Positions 11,271-25,886 are shown, counted from the stretch's first letter. The stretch is DNA of 64,000 bases from Octopus vulgaris (GCA_951406725.2 OX597837.1:15748001-15812000), one strand, 5' to 3'. Notes: generated by a model from the sequence alone, not told the origin. Program-made: numbers and translations.

Positions 11271-11804
11271 TAAAAACGGTAAGATAACAAAAGAAAGAAA
11301 GAGACCTCAATATTATGGAAATAGAGGAAATTTATCTATAAAATATGTTACATTTACTCAATAGTCAAGATAGATAGATATGTATACATATGTATATATG
11401 TGTGTATATTCGTCAGACCTCAGTCAAATCGTCCAACCAAGCATGGGTTAGACGTCTGGTGAACAAGATGGCTGCATCAGGCTCCAATCTTGATCTGGCA
11501 GAGTTTCTACAGCTGGATGCCCTTCCTAATGCCAACCACATTACAGAGAGGACTGGGTGCTTTTTATGTGGCATCAACACACACACATGCACACACACAC
11601 ACACTCACATGCACACACAGACAAATGTGCACATATACATGTACAATGAGTGATGATGTATAGTTTCCCCTCTACCGAATCTTACACATTAGGCATTGGT
11701 CAGTTTGAGGCTGTAGTTGAAGACACTTGCCCTGGGATTGAACCAGAAACAATAGAGTTGCAAAACAAACTCTTTAGTGCAATGATATCTTAGCCTTTGT
11801 GTGT

Positions 11805-12012
11805 GTGTGTAACAACACACGCGGTTTTCTCCAGATTATCTGCCCCTTCCTCCTTTTCCTCTTCTCTGGACTTTTCCCTCTTTCCGATGAAGAGCCACTG
11901 CTCGAAACGTCACTTCCACTCATTATTCCTTCTGAGCAGCAACCTTATATATTCACCATGTACAACATCTAATTGACTTTTCTTTGTTTCTTCCTGTGTT
12001 TTTTGTTCTTGA
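11805..12012 (+). mobile_element. Microsatellite-flanked element with a hammerhead-like motif (relative of 2962-3167)
   Basis: 11884-11911 reads CCGATGA-A-GAGC-CACT-GCTC-GAAA-CGTC. It shares the CTCTGGA..TTTCC and TTC.TGAGC flanks with 2962-3167 and lies between (TG)n and (TA)n. Confidence 0.6.
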
Positions 12013-12875
12013 ATATATATATATATATATATATTGTGTGTGTGTGTGTGTGTTAATTAAACATTGAGAATCAGTGCTTCTTTCTTTCTGTAAATTCCTC
12101 AAAATTAAATGCAATGAAAAACTTTTCCCATAAATCATTGAAAATGAAGCTGGAAATGTGTATGTATCTCTTAAGTGTCAGTGTATACGTTTGTGTGTGT
12201 GTATGACAATGGCTGTGTGTCTATGTCAATTGTGTGCATGTGTCTATATGTATATGTATGCATGTGGGTATGTATATGTGTGTGTATGTATGTGTGTATG
12301 CGTGTGTGTATGTGTACGCATGCCTATGTATGTGTATGTATGATGTATATATGTCTGCATGCCAGTAAGTGTGTGGTGTATGTATATGTACCATTGGTGT
12401 ATGGTGGTGTGTGTGCATGTGTGTGTATGTGCATGCATGACTATGCTGGTGAACATATGTACATGTGTGTCTATTCCTGTATGTATATATGTTTGTATTT
12501 CTCTCTCTATATACTTGTTAGCATCTGCATATGTGTGTGTGTGTGTGTGTCCACTTGTGCATATCTGTGTGTGTATATGTGCATGCACGTGAACATGTGT
12601 GCATGTGTGTGTGTGGTGCAAGAGCCTCTCCAGCTGTGTCCCTCATGTCTGATGATTAATGACAATAAACTGGTGTCTGTTGGTCGTTGGTTGGGTAATT
12701 CCTGTCCCTTCTCGTTGGCACCGGAATGGAACAAGTGAGTGACTCAGCTTCCCAACTCCACTCCACTCCACCGCCGCCTTCCTCTCCCCCTCGCAACTGA
12801 AACATTTCCACGTCTCATCAATGGAATTCATTAACAACAACAATAACGAGCAATGATTTCTAACATTGGCACAAG

Positions 12876-12913
<38 letters not shown>

Positions 12914-13850
12914 GGGGAGGAGAGGGAAGAGGTACAGTTGAATGAAATGAGCTTCTGTACTTGACGATGATGATGATGATGCTGGTAGAGGTTTTGATAA
13001 TGATGACGATGCTGATAACGATGACGGTAGATGTGGTGATGATAATGATGATTGTTATGGTGATATTGGTGGCAGTGGTGGTGGTGATGATGATGATGAA
13101 AAAGTTTAAAAAACGAAAGAGCATCCAAGCTAGACAGCCTCTGTATTCTATGCAAAGCCCTTCCCATTGAATGGCACAACCAATGCAACAACAATCCGCC
13201 CACGCCCCCCACTCCCCACACGGCCCCTACACCACCCAATCCCCACTGAATACTATAACATAAGCCACAACAACACATGCTACCAACTGACACCCAAACA
13301 CTAAGCACAAACACCTCACAACACACTCGAGACACACCACCACTTCACAACAAAACAAACAAGTTTCAACTTTTGGCACAAGGCCAGCAATTGTGAGGGG
13401 GGAGGGGGCGGTGGAGGACGGTCGACTACAACGACTCCTGGTGCTCAATCTTTTGCTTGTTTCAGTCATTAGACTGTGGCCAAGCTGGGGCAGCACCTTC
13501 AAGAGCTTTCAGTCAAACGAATCAATCCCAGGACTGTTTTTTTTTAAAGCTTGGAACTTATTCTTTCAGTCCCTTTTGCTGAACTGCTGAGTTAGAGGGA
13601 TGTAAACACAACAACACCGGTTATCAGGTGGTGGTGGTGGGGGATAAACATAGACACAAAGACACGTACAAAGATGGAACTTATGGAAGAGGGAGATCCC
13701 GGAAGACATAGGAAGATGTACTGAAGGACGACCTCAGGTGAGATGATTACTCTATAGGCAATTAGCATAACTATAAGCTCTATAATGGTTACTTGACATG
13801 CTAGAAATAGGAACCAAAACCCCACCAGGTCACATCATGCAACTATTTCA

Positions 13851-14069
13851 CCCTTTAGCATTTGAACCAGCCATATCTGGCCCAAATATTTTACTAGTTT
13901 TGTGTTGAAACTGACCGGATCTGGCCTCTCACACCTACCCAACAATGTCATCCTAAAAATAAACAATCACATCACCGAAATCTCAGAGCTATTCATACAA
14001 GATAATAATGCATAATTAATTCAAATTAATAAGCTTTACATTTACCAGAGTAACCTGAATGTTTAAGGC
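13851..14069. mobile_element. piggyBac-type MITE nested in a family D repeat
   Basis: Degraded TIRs ttca/CCCTTTAGCATT ... AATGTTTAAGGC/ttaa. The family D sequence resumes on both sides. A partial copy lies at about 51660-51770. Confidence 0.55.
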
Positions 14070-14449
14070 TTAAAAAAAAAAGGGCAGAAGACCCTACAAA
14101 AAGTAGCCCCTGGTGAGGCTCCTATAAAAGTAAGGTTGGTCATAGCTGGAATGTCTGCAGTCATAAATCTGCTCAGTCAGAGCAGACTTGGGATTAAAGA
14201 AAGATATAAAAGAATGAAAGAATGAATTTGTAACATTTAAATCTTAGAGAATTAAACTCGTTAAAAAATCAATAAAACAATAGATACAAGTAAGTGTATT
14301 TGCACTTAATGTTTTTAACGAAATCTTTGTAATTATCATATTTATTACTGCTCATTGTAATTAACAATTATCATAATTGTAATTAATACTATTATCACTC
14401 ATTATAATTAATATTACCATTACTCACTGTAATTAATATAATTATTATT

Positions 14450-14760
14450 TTAGTCGTTAGTGTACTCAGCTCATGATCATAAGGTTGGGAGTTCAATTCC
14501 TGGTGGCTCATTGTGTCCTTGAGCAAGACTCTTTACTTCACATTGCTCCAGTCCACTCAGCTGGCTAAAGTCAGTTGTGGCTGTGATTCAGAGGGGCCAG
14601 CCTTGTCACATTCTGAGGATCTCCCTGAGAACTGCATTAAGGGTACATGTGTCTGTGGAGCTTTCAGCCACTTGCATGTTAATTTCACAAGCAGGCTGTT
14701 CTGGTGATCGGATCAGCTGGAACCCTCGTCATCATAACTGATGGGAGTGCTCCAGCCTGA
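14450..14760 (+). mobile_element. Chimeric SINE: family C head with an alternative tail
   Basis: The head (GAGTTCAATTCC, TGTGTCCTTGAGCAAG, CAGTCCACTCAGCTGG) matches family C. The tail (CCAGCCTTGTCACA..ACATGTGTCTGTGGA..TCAGCCACTTGCATG) matches the tail at 54160-54310. Confidence 0.6.
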
Positions 14761-15336
14761 CATAAACACAAAAGCATATGGAAAGCCTTGTGGTATTTCT
14801 TGTGGCCTTCTGCATTCTGAGTTCGAACCCTACTGAAGACAACTCTTTCTTTCATCCTTTCATGGTCAACAGATAAAATAAAAGACGAGAACTTCTCTCT
14901 CTCTCTCTCTCTTTTGCACCACAGAGAAGCATCAGAGGAAACAACTCACGGCAGCATCCCATTCCCCCCTCTCTCAGAAATGGAAAAGGGTCGGGCAAGT
15001 GCCATTGCCCTCTTCTCGAAGAAAAAAAACTGATATAATCATGGGAACCATCCAAGGATGGAATAATTAAGGAACAGCACAAGAGAGAAAAAAATTATTA
15101 ATATTAATCTCCTGATGAAAAGATGGTGACCCAGCAGAACCATTAGCAGAATGCATAGCGGCCTCTCATCCATTCTTATGTTGTGAGTTCAAATGTCACA
15201 GGGGTCGACTTAATCTTCCATTTTTTGGGGGGTCAATGAAATAAGTACCAGTTAAATACTGGGGTCAATGTCATCAAACAAACCCCTCCTTCCAAAATTT
15301 CAGGCCTGTTGTCTATAGTAGAAAGGATTAGTATTA

Positions 15337-15370
<34 letters not shown>

Positions 15371-15694
15371 TGGTTGTGTATGCCACATGTGCAATGGAGG
15401 AAGTGTAAGGGGGGAGGGGTGTTGCAACAGAAAATAACAAAACTAAAAAGAAAAGAAAGAAACAGTGGGAGTTCCTGTAGAATCGATTCTGAAAAAGCGG
15501 GAAGGCAAAACAAAAGTGTTACCAAAGGTATGAATAGCAAAGATAACCGATTTATTGTGTGGTATGTGTGTAACGACATCAATAACGAAGACATAAGTTA
15601 TAATTAAATCTATTTATAGATTTCTGTTAAATTCCACAGAGATAACGAGTGTAATGTAAACTCGTATACATATTGCAAGGATGTATGTAAGAGA

Positions 15695-16200
15695 CTTAAC
15701 AGGGAATGGTAAAGCCGAAGAGGCAGAAGAATAAGAATGGTAACTGAAGAGGAACAGAAGGATAAAAAGGAGAGCGAAAGGGTAAGGAAGAATAAGGGCT
15801 TATGGAAGGTAGGAATGGTAAGGAAATGATAATGGAAGGGCAAAAAGCAGAAGAATAGCAGACAGTGAATGGTAACAGAAGGGTAACGGAGAGTAAGAAG
15901 GGTCTTGGAAGGCATAGAATGGTAAAGAAAGGGCAAAAAGCTAATGGAAGGCATTGAATGGTAATGGAAGGGTAAAACAGGAACTAAAGGGTGCGAAAAA
16001 ATAATGGAACATCTGGAATGATAATTGAAGAGTAAAAAATTAGTGGAGGACTTTGGTGAAGACGAAGAAGGGTTACAGAAGGTAGGGAACGGTAAAAGAA
16101 GGGTTAAAATGGTAACAAATGGGTAAGAAGGTAACGGAAGGCATGGAATGGAAAGAAAATGGAGAAAAGGGTAACAGAAAGGGGAAAAAGCAGAGTTTTG
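15695..16200. repeat. Degenerate purine-rich minisatellite
   Basis: Recurrent GAATGGTAA and GAAGGG(C/T)AA motifs at irregular, roughly 35-60 bp spacing. Confidence 0.6.
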
Positions 16201-16307
16201 AAAGATCCTCAAATGTTGGAAACAAAACAGGGAGGGAATGAGGGAGGGGGGGAGGCAGAAGAAAGGAAGGAAGAAAGGAAAGATGGCCAACTGGCTGGTT
16301 GGGTGGA

Positions 16308-16351
16308 GATAGATAGATAGGTAGATGGACAGATGGATGGATGGATGGATG

Positions 16352-16450
<99 letters not shown>

Positions 16451-16720
16451 GGATGGATGGATGGATGGATGGATGGATGGATGGATGGATGGATGGATGG
16501 ATAGATAGACAGACAGACAGATGATAGATAGATAAGTAGGTAGATAGATAGATAGATAGATAGACAGATGATAGATAGATAGATAGATAGATAGATAGGT
16601 AGGTAGGTAGGGAGGGAGGTAGATAGATAGACAAATAAATAAAGAGACAGATAAATAGAGAGACAGATAGGTAGATGGAAAAGATAGATCTAGATAGAGA
16701 TAGACAGAGAAATAGATAGA
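16308..16720. repeat. (GATA)n/(GGAT)n compound tetranucleotide microsatellite
   Basis: Long GATA and GGAT runs, seen directly. Confidence 0.95.
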
Positions 16721-16981
16721 GAGAGCAAGGGAGAAAGAGAGGGGAGAGCAATACGCAAGTGAAACACGATATCAATAAATGCCTCTGGCTTCCCATCTGT
16801 ATTTAGTAGTTTACACAATCTATTGTTCTTGGATTCTCATGGAATAATAATACAAAGTGATTCTGTAAAGACTTTGAAAGAGAATAAACTATAAAGAATG
16901 TTAGATGTATACAGCTGTGTGTGTCTATTATACACAATGCTTGTATGTATATACATGCATACATACATACATGTGTGTGTG

Positions 16982-17028
<47 letters not shown>

Positions 17029-17729
17029 GTATACAATACACACATGTATATAATACACACACACACACATGTATTGTTGTAATTTGAGAGAATCATTCTG
17101 TTGTTAGAAATGCATGCATTGATTGTATTTTCCTCTTTTTTTTTGAGCTTGATTAATTAATTAACTTATTAAATTAATTAACCAACAATACAAAAGAAGT
17201 GAAATATAACCAGTGCATGTGTTTTCATTGTCAGAATGACCCAGCCAAAGGACCAAGACAATATCTCTTTCAGCATAGGATTTCACATCAAGAATTTTGT
17301 AAAAGTAAATGCCAAATGAAGTGTGTGTGTGTGTGTGTTCTTTTTTAGGCAAACCCATTTGTAATAAAAAACCTTGAAGTGTCGTTGGTTTCTGGTCATC
17401 TCAGCCCCTTTTGTGCCACTGGTTTTACAGCTGATTGCACTGCAAGGTGCATTCAGGGCTGTGCAACACTTTATCCACTGAAGACAAAATCACACCCAGG
17501 AACTTCTGGCAATCTCGGAACATTTCGGAAGTGGTCTTACTCAGCCATGAGATGACTTCCACAATATATATACATGCATATACACACATATAGATTACAC
17601 ACACACACACACACACATCATCATCATGATTAAACGTCCATGTTCTCTGCTGGAATAGGTCGAACAGTTTGACAGGGCTTGGTGAGTCGAAGGACTGCAC
17701 TGTGCTCTGGTGTCTGCTTCGGCATAAAT

Positions 17730-17890
17730 CCCTCAAACACTGACCCCCAAAGGTTACACTGGCACAGTTCATCCAGTGTTGGATCTCCTCATCAATGCCT
17801 GGCATCTGTGGTAGGTAACTGTCCAAATACTGGATGTGATCAACATAGAGACACAGCAAGAACACTTTTTTGACCATCTGCCCCCTTCTG
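17730..17890 (-). mobile_element. RTE LINE reverse-transcriptase relic
   Basis: Translation YLDSYLPQMPGIDEEIQHWMNCASVTFG resembles the RTE motif YLGS...ID.EI..RI..AS.AFG. Confidence 0.55.
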
Positions 17891-17934
17891 GATCAAAGCT
17901 TACTTGGGAATAAAGGGCAACATTGGGCAAAAAC

Positions 17935-18620
17935 AAAGGAGACACACTGGAGAATGTATTCCTAGGTAGATTATGCCTGGATAAAAGACAAAGGGAGTCA
18001 AGGATGGGGCTCATTTAATCTCATGTCTGCTGGATTAAAGTTGGTCTAAACACAGACCAAAGATTACAAGACAGGACACACTGAAGAAAGTAGTCTGTGA
18101 TACACGATGTCTGAATGAAAGGCAGGATGGTCATGGACGGAACTCCTTTGATCATAATTATATACGATTATAGCTGACCTGTTGCTAAACAACAACAGCA
18201 ACAAGGAAGAACACACTGAAAAGTGTAGTCCAAGGTACATTGCACCCGAATAAAAGACAAGTTAGCAATGGCCAGAAAACCTTTGATCTTAAAGGTCGAC
18301 TGGATTAGTGCTGACCTGTGGCTAAATAACAACAAGGAAAGATACATTTGGAGAGTGTAGTCTTAGATACACTGTGAGTAAAGAAAAGACAAGACAGAAC
18401 AAATAGAAAATACTGGGACAGGGTAGACTTGTGGTGTAGTAGTAGTAGTATTAGTAATAATAATAATAATAAGAAGAAGAAGAAGAGGGAGAAGAAGATG
18501 ATGATTTAGTCCTAGAGATACACTTCATCTGAATAAAAGATAAGAGACTCGTCAGTAGAACTCCTGTGATTAGACTCCCACAGGGATCAGAGTCAACTCA
18601 GGGCTAAACAACAATAACAA
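17935..18620 (+). repeat. Tandem array of about 130-bp family D 3' halves
   Basis: Four to five diverged units of AAGG..ACAC(A)CTG..GTAGTC..TGAATAAAAGAC..CCTTTGATC..GCTGACCTG..GCTAAACAACAAC. Confidence 0.7.
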
Positions 18621-19077
18621 AAGGTAATTTTGCTGATAAAGAATAAAAATAACAACAAAAAAAAGCAGAAAAGAGGAGACAAAACTGACACCATTTATCT
18701 TGTTTTTTTTTTTTTATTAATCACATCCATATCTTAGTATTAAGGGGACACACAGACAAAGTGATTATATATAATTATATATAAACACACACATATATAT
18801 ATATATACATACACACTCCTATAAAAAAAGAGTGAAATATGTGTATTTATATATATATTTATTCACACACACACACACACTGTACATGCACAACACAAAC
18901 TTACACACCAACAGACATGCCCACCCACACACAATGTCCGCATATACATGCGCACCCCTTCCCCACCAAATGCCAAAGATTAAACACAATAGATGTCTCA
19001 AGAATTCCTGCTTGCCATTCCACATCAATGTTAGGATATTATTTCTTGGAAAAAAAAACAACAAAAAAAAACCCCCC

Positions 19078-19935
<858 letters not shown>

Positions 19936-20810
19936 ATAAAGATATGTATGTGTGTATGTGTGTGTGTGTGTGTGTAGATGAATGCTTGGCTTGTTAGAGA
20001 AGAAGTAATGATGAAAGGAAATATATAGAAAACAAGCAAAAACTCCAAAAACAGAGAAATATTGTGATGGCCAGAAGTGGAAAGGGTCAGCAGCGAGAAG
20101 GAATGGGGGGGGGGGGTAGGAAATATATATTTTGGGAAGAAAAATAAACGGAAATAAATTCTATGAACCAAACTGAGCACTAATAACAACAACAACTATA
20201 ATAACGGTAATGATGATGGTGGTGATGATGATGATGGTGGTGGTGATGATGATGGTGATGGTGATGATGATGATGTGGTGGTGGTGGTGGTGATGATGGT
20301 GATGGTGGTGATGATGATGGTGATGGTGATGATGATGGTGGTGGTTGTGGTGGTGATGATGATGATGACAATGACAATAAAAGTAATACTGATTTCAATT
20401 TTTGTTACAAGGCCAGCAATTTTGAAGGAGGGATAAGTCAATTGCATTGACCCCAGCATTCAACTAACTGGTCCTTATTTTATCGACCCCGAAAGGATGA
20501 AAGTTGACCTCGGTGGAATTTGAACTCAGAACATAAAGATAGATGAAACAATAAGAGTAATATTGATAATAATAAAACGAAATGAAAAGTGTATTTCTTT
20601 CTAGTCACCCCCTGCCTCCAGCCTACCCCCTTCTGGCATAAAAAGAGACCTCACAACACATCCACCTAAACCCCAGAATAAACCCAACCATAATAAGACA
20701 AAAAGAGAAAAAGACCCTACATTCAGCTGAACATAAATAACAAATCCTTTTTTGATTTGTTTTGTTTTTTACTTCTGTGGAGTATCTCAAATATTCCTTA
20801 GTTTTAGTAT

Positions 20811-20878
<68 letters not shown>

Positions 20879-21017
20879 GAGAAAACAAATAATTATTTTT
20901 ATTATTAATGAAGGAAAGGCAGATGCTGGTTTTACCTTCCATTCTTACAAAGTTTGTAAAATAAATACCAGCTGAGCACTGGGGTCGATATATAATCAAC
21001 TAGACATCCCCACCCCC

Positions 21018-21905
21018 TGTCAACAGTAATTCCATAAATTCTGAGTCAGAAACTAGAGCCTGGAAAACAAGCCTCATCTTGGAAGATCTGGGGAGCTTGA
21101 TGAGGACGTCCCATTATAACTGTTGAAGAACTAGCAGAGAAGCTTGGTTTTAGTCATCCGACCATTCTTCAACACCTGGGTGCCACCAGGAAAGTCAGTG
21201 AATTGGGTCAGTGGGTTCCTCACAAACTTTCCGAGTCTAATCGAGCGCATAGAGTGAATGTGTGCTCTTCTTTGCTGTCATGTCCTTTTTTGGACTGAAT
21301 AGTGACAAGAAATGGGAAAGGAGAAACACTGGCACCCCAGGCTAAAGAAGGTCTTCACCCATGTAAAGTGTTGTTATCTGTTTGGTGGGATACGAAAGGT
21401 TTAGTCCACTTTGAACTTTCAAACCCAAACCAAATGATAAGAAAGGAGATCTATTGCGAGCAGCTTGGACGGCTTAAGTCAGCGCTAGAAGCAAAATGAC
21501 CATCTTTGGTTTCAAGATGAAAAGTGTTCTTCCATCAGGATAATGCTCGGCCACATACAGCAAAGCTGACATTCCAAAGGCTGGAGCAGTTTGAATAAGA
21601 AACAATGCCCAACCTACCATATTTACTGGTCATTGCTTTATCTGAATATCATTTATTCTGCATTCTTCAAAATCATTTGGATGTAAAAAAATATGAATTC
21701 TGTAGATGAGGTTAGAACAGTACTGGCGGAGTATTTTTCATTACAGACAAGTGAATTATGGAAGAAGGGCCTTGCAAGTCTACCAGATAGGTGGAAGGTC
21801 ATTGTAGAAAATGAAGGAGAGTATATGTTAGATCAAAAATGAACTTTATCTTAATTTTGAAAAATAAAAGAAGTATAAAACACCGCATTACTTATGTGAT
21901 AACCT

Positions 21906-21910
<5 letters not shown>
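21018..21910 (+). mobile_element. mariner transposon relic (5'-truncated, inactivated transposase)
   Basis: Motifs SLENKPHLGRSGELDEDV, WVPHKL (21212-21229), KVLLSVWWD, HQDNARPH (21533-21556), PYLLVIALSEYHLF (degenerate PYSPDLAPSDYHLF) and LPDRWKVIVENEGEY. Contains stops and deletions. The right TIR-like end runs into (TA)n. Confidence 0.9.
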
Positions 21911-21947
<37 letters not shown>

Positions 21948-22345
21948 TGTATTGATCGTAGCATTATACACACACACACACTCTCTCTCCCTCCCTCCCT
22001 CACACACACCTACCTAAATGATGCTGCCAATAATGAATAATGTATATATGAGATTATAATCAATATATTCTATATAAAATTGATGGCAGCCAGCTTCAGT
22101 CGTTGCAATGAGGAACTGTATTCTACCAGTTTTATTGGATATTATGATACTATTATATATCAACCACATATGATACTGTCATAGTTTGGGAATACGTGTG
22201 GGTGTGCGTATGGGTGGGTGTGTGCGTGCACATATGTATACACACACGCATGCACATATACATACACTTACATATACAGAATAGTTATATATACATATAT
22301 ATATATACATGTGTATGTGTGTATATATATGTGTGTATATATATA

Positions 22346-22376
<31 letters not shown>

Positions 22377-22431
22377 GACAGCCAACACATATATAACCAT
22401 ACACATACATAAACGTATATTTGTGTGTATG

Positions 22432-22477
<46 letters not shown>

Positions 22478-22504
22478 TATATATATATATATACATATAT
22501 ATAA

Positions 22505-22540
<36 letters not shown>

Positions 22541-22563
22541 GCATATCTGTTTGTATGTATATG

Positions 22564-22609
<46 letters not shown>

Positions 22610-23980
22610 TACATATACAAATGTGTGTGTGTGTGTGTGGTGTTAGTTGTGAATCTCTATTCTACACCCAAAACTAGAACATTAACATTAAACCATTATT
22701 TACAATCCCAATGACTTGTTGACTTGTAATTAATTGAATAACGAAGTCAGGACAGACATTTCTTTCATCTGTCAAAATATATCACTGTTGTTTTACTTTT
22801 ATTTTTCATTTTTATCTTTTCTCTTTGTTGGCTTCTTGCATCTTGGATTTCAGACACACACACACACACACACAGAACACACACATACATAAATGTACAA
22901 AAAACACATACACAAACATACTTTGAAGAAGGAAGATAATGTGAAAACAAAATTATCAATTTATATGTATATATATATATATCTATATATATGTATATGT
23001 ATATATGTATATATATATCTATATATATGTATATATATATATGTATATATATGTATATATATATATAATTACACACACACACACACACACAGTACATGTA
23101 TATATTGACACAGACACAGACACACACACACATATATATATACGCACAAACACACACACACATATATACACATACCTAAATATATTTAACTGTCATCCTA
23201 TTTCACCACTAAGTGTAAGTGATGTTTTTAGATGAGAAATTAAGACATTTTACCCTCAGTCTCAAAATACTTCATCCAACCACACACACACACACACACA
23301 CACACTCTGAATCCGGTCTATCCCCTCCCCTCCCCCCACACTTTGCATTAGAAATCTGGAAATCTGAGACCATTTCATTGGGACCTGACAATTGATTGGA
23401 AACAGATAAGTCTGTCTCTTATTCATTCTCTGTCAGTTTCAATCAACCTGATTCTTCCTCAATCTCTCCTCATCTCTACATTTCCCTCTCTTTCTCTCTC
23501 TCTCTCAACACACACACACACACACATACATATGTACATACACACACACACACACACACATGTACACATATCTCCATACACACATACGTATATACATGCA
23601 TATACATATACATGTATATGTGTATCCATATATATGTATTCATACTTATGTATATATTTTTTATCTCTTTTATGTGTTTCAGCCATGTGGCTGCGGTCAT
23701 ACTGGAGCACCACCACTACATTGTGCCCTCTCCACTGCCCTCTTGTATGGCCAATTTCTTTTGCATGGTTGGATGTCATATCATCACTTTTGCATGTGCT
23801 GTATCCTTGGTTATTGGCTCATTTGGTGTAAGAAGGAATTTGTGTATATAGGTGTGTACATGTGGCAATCTTTTCTGTGTCATAGAATTGGACCACTTCA
23901 AGTGCTGCTGTTGGTTTGACCACTATGCAATGACCACAGCTGAAAGCAATGGTCCAGGCAGCCAAGAACAGAGGGCTTCC

Positions 23981-24180
23981 TGGCAGACGAGCTGGCAGAA
24001 TCGTTAGCATGCAGGGCAAAATGCTTAGTGGCATTTCGTCTGCCGCTACATTCTGAGTTCAAATTCCGCCGAGGTCAACTTTGCCTTCCATCCTTTTGGG
24101 GTCGATGTAATTGACTTAATCCCTTTGTCTGTCCTTGTTTGTCCCCTCTATATTTATCCCCTTGTGGGTAATAAAGAAAT
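23981..24180 (+). mobile_element. tRNA-derived SINE (family A) with a perfect 17-bp TSD
   Basis: A box TGGCAGAATCG, B box GAGTTCAAATTCC, central GCCTTCCATCCTTTTGGGGTCGAT and tail ..GGGTAATAAAGAAAT. TSD AAGAACAGAGGGCTTCC at 23964-23980 and 24181-24197. Confidence 0.9.
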
Positions 24181-25116
24181 AAGAACAGAGGGCTTCCACA
24201 GCATCATTAATACTTCTCAGTCTATTCTCCTGATGGAGTCTCGTGTCCATCCTGCCAATTGTCTACCCTTTGTTGCCATCTTGGTAATGTTCACAAGAAA
24301 AACGATGCTTCATCACACATGCCTATCACTGCCTCTGACTCTGGGACTGTTGTGCCTCCAGGTCTTCTATATACAGGTTGTGGTACATTTATGAGCTGAC
24401 AATGCAATGCTTGGAATTTTCCCAACAAGTATATTGCATTTCAGGTCCTGCCGCATAATGAGTGGACACAACAAAGAGTTGAGAAGATATTCTTTAGTCT
24501 TGTTGAGGACATGATAACCTCTCTCAAGCTGATGCAGGAAAACACATCCAGGGCACACTGTTAAATGGTTGGTGACAGGAAGAGCACCCAGGCATTGAAA
24601 CCAAACCCAAAATGAAATGTACAAGCGAGAAAGGGTCCTTTGAGCTGTATTGAAAGGTAATATGTCTGAATAGGAACTGGTTTGATGATCTGCCCAGCTT
24701 ATGCTGGCATAGGTTGTTGGGCAGATGTAGAAATCATGGGTTGGTTGTAAATGAGCATCACCGTCATACAAGTGGGGTGGTTTGTTTATAATCTTCCATG
24801 GAAAACATGTCTGGCCATGGGGAAATATTATCTTATTTTGAGCCTTGATGACAGTGCTGGCACCTGGCTGTAGAAAATCTGTCTCAATGGTTTCCTTCTG
24901 AGCCAAGTAAGTATGGGAAAGGGGTCGTTAAAATGAAGAAGATGATGATATATGTAAATTGGTATTAGGGAGGGCATCCATCTGTAGAGACTTTGCCAAA
25001 GCAATTAATGGAGCCCAACACATCCTTTGGACAAATCAGATCCTGTCCAACACATGCCAGCATGGAAAAACAGACGTTAAAGGATAATGCTGCTGCTGAT
25101 GATGAAATACATGTGA

Positions 25117-25153
<37 letters not shown>

Positions 25154-25886
25154 TGAGTGTATGTGTGAGTGAGTGTGTGTGTGTGTTTCTGTATTTACGT
25201 TTACACCAACCTGAAAAACCAATGTTTAACAAATTTAACACGTTTAGAAAGAATTGTTCCTTTTTAGAGAAATCACACTTTTGCATCGATTCTTCAAACA
25301 ATTTTTACACTTCTACATGAATTCTTCAAACAAAGATTCAAACATTTTTAGTAGGAAACCCTGAATATGTTAGTTTGCAAGGAAATGTCCTTGAAAAACG
25401 TCAATATAAATCGAAGAATTAAAAAAAAAAAATCCAAAAGAATAAAGAAAGTAAAAGAAAAATATGCAAAGTTTCCCTAAAATTCAAAAATATTGTATTG
25501 TAAGCTAATTAATTGGCAAGTAAATCTAGTTCAGTTGCTTTTATGTCCTTTCTTTCAGTTCCCGAGGTTCTGAATTCTTCAAATTCTAACAAGAAATAGC
25601 AAAAATATTTCAAAATAGATTTTTAATAAATTAATAGCATTTCACATTTCACTTTTGTTTGTTCCATTTAAAAACTTTCAAAGAATTTCACCGAAGGCGT
25701 TTTCGACGTCAGCGAAGCCTGTTACCCGGATGAAATATATTACATAGCAAAAGGAAAGGTTTATGGCTTGTACACAATTTTGTGGCTCAGCAAATGGGCA
25801 GAGTTGAGTTTTAATGATTGTCTTCCACTTTCTTTCAGTTTTGTTTTTTGTTGTCACTTTTTTTTTCATTTTATTGAAATGCTTTC

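Noticed and set aside
23981-24070. tRNA-like A and B boxes
   Set aside because: These are SINE heads with no complete cloverleaf; no true tRNA gene was found.
23720-24500. Moderately GC-rich sequence around the SINE that might be coding
   Set aside because: There are stops in the rejoined frames I checked and only faint RTE-like words (IMR..ILVGKI, GRQ..W); it is probably a decayed TE that I cannot classify.
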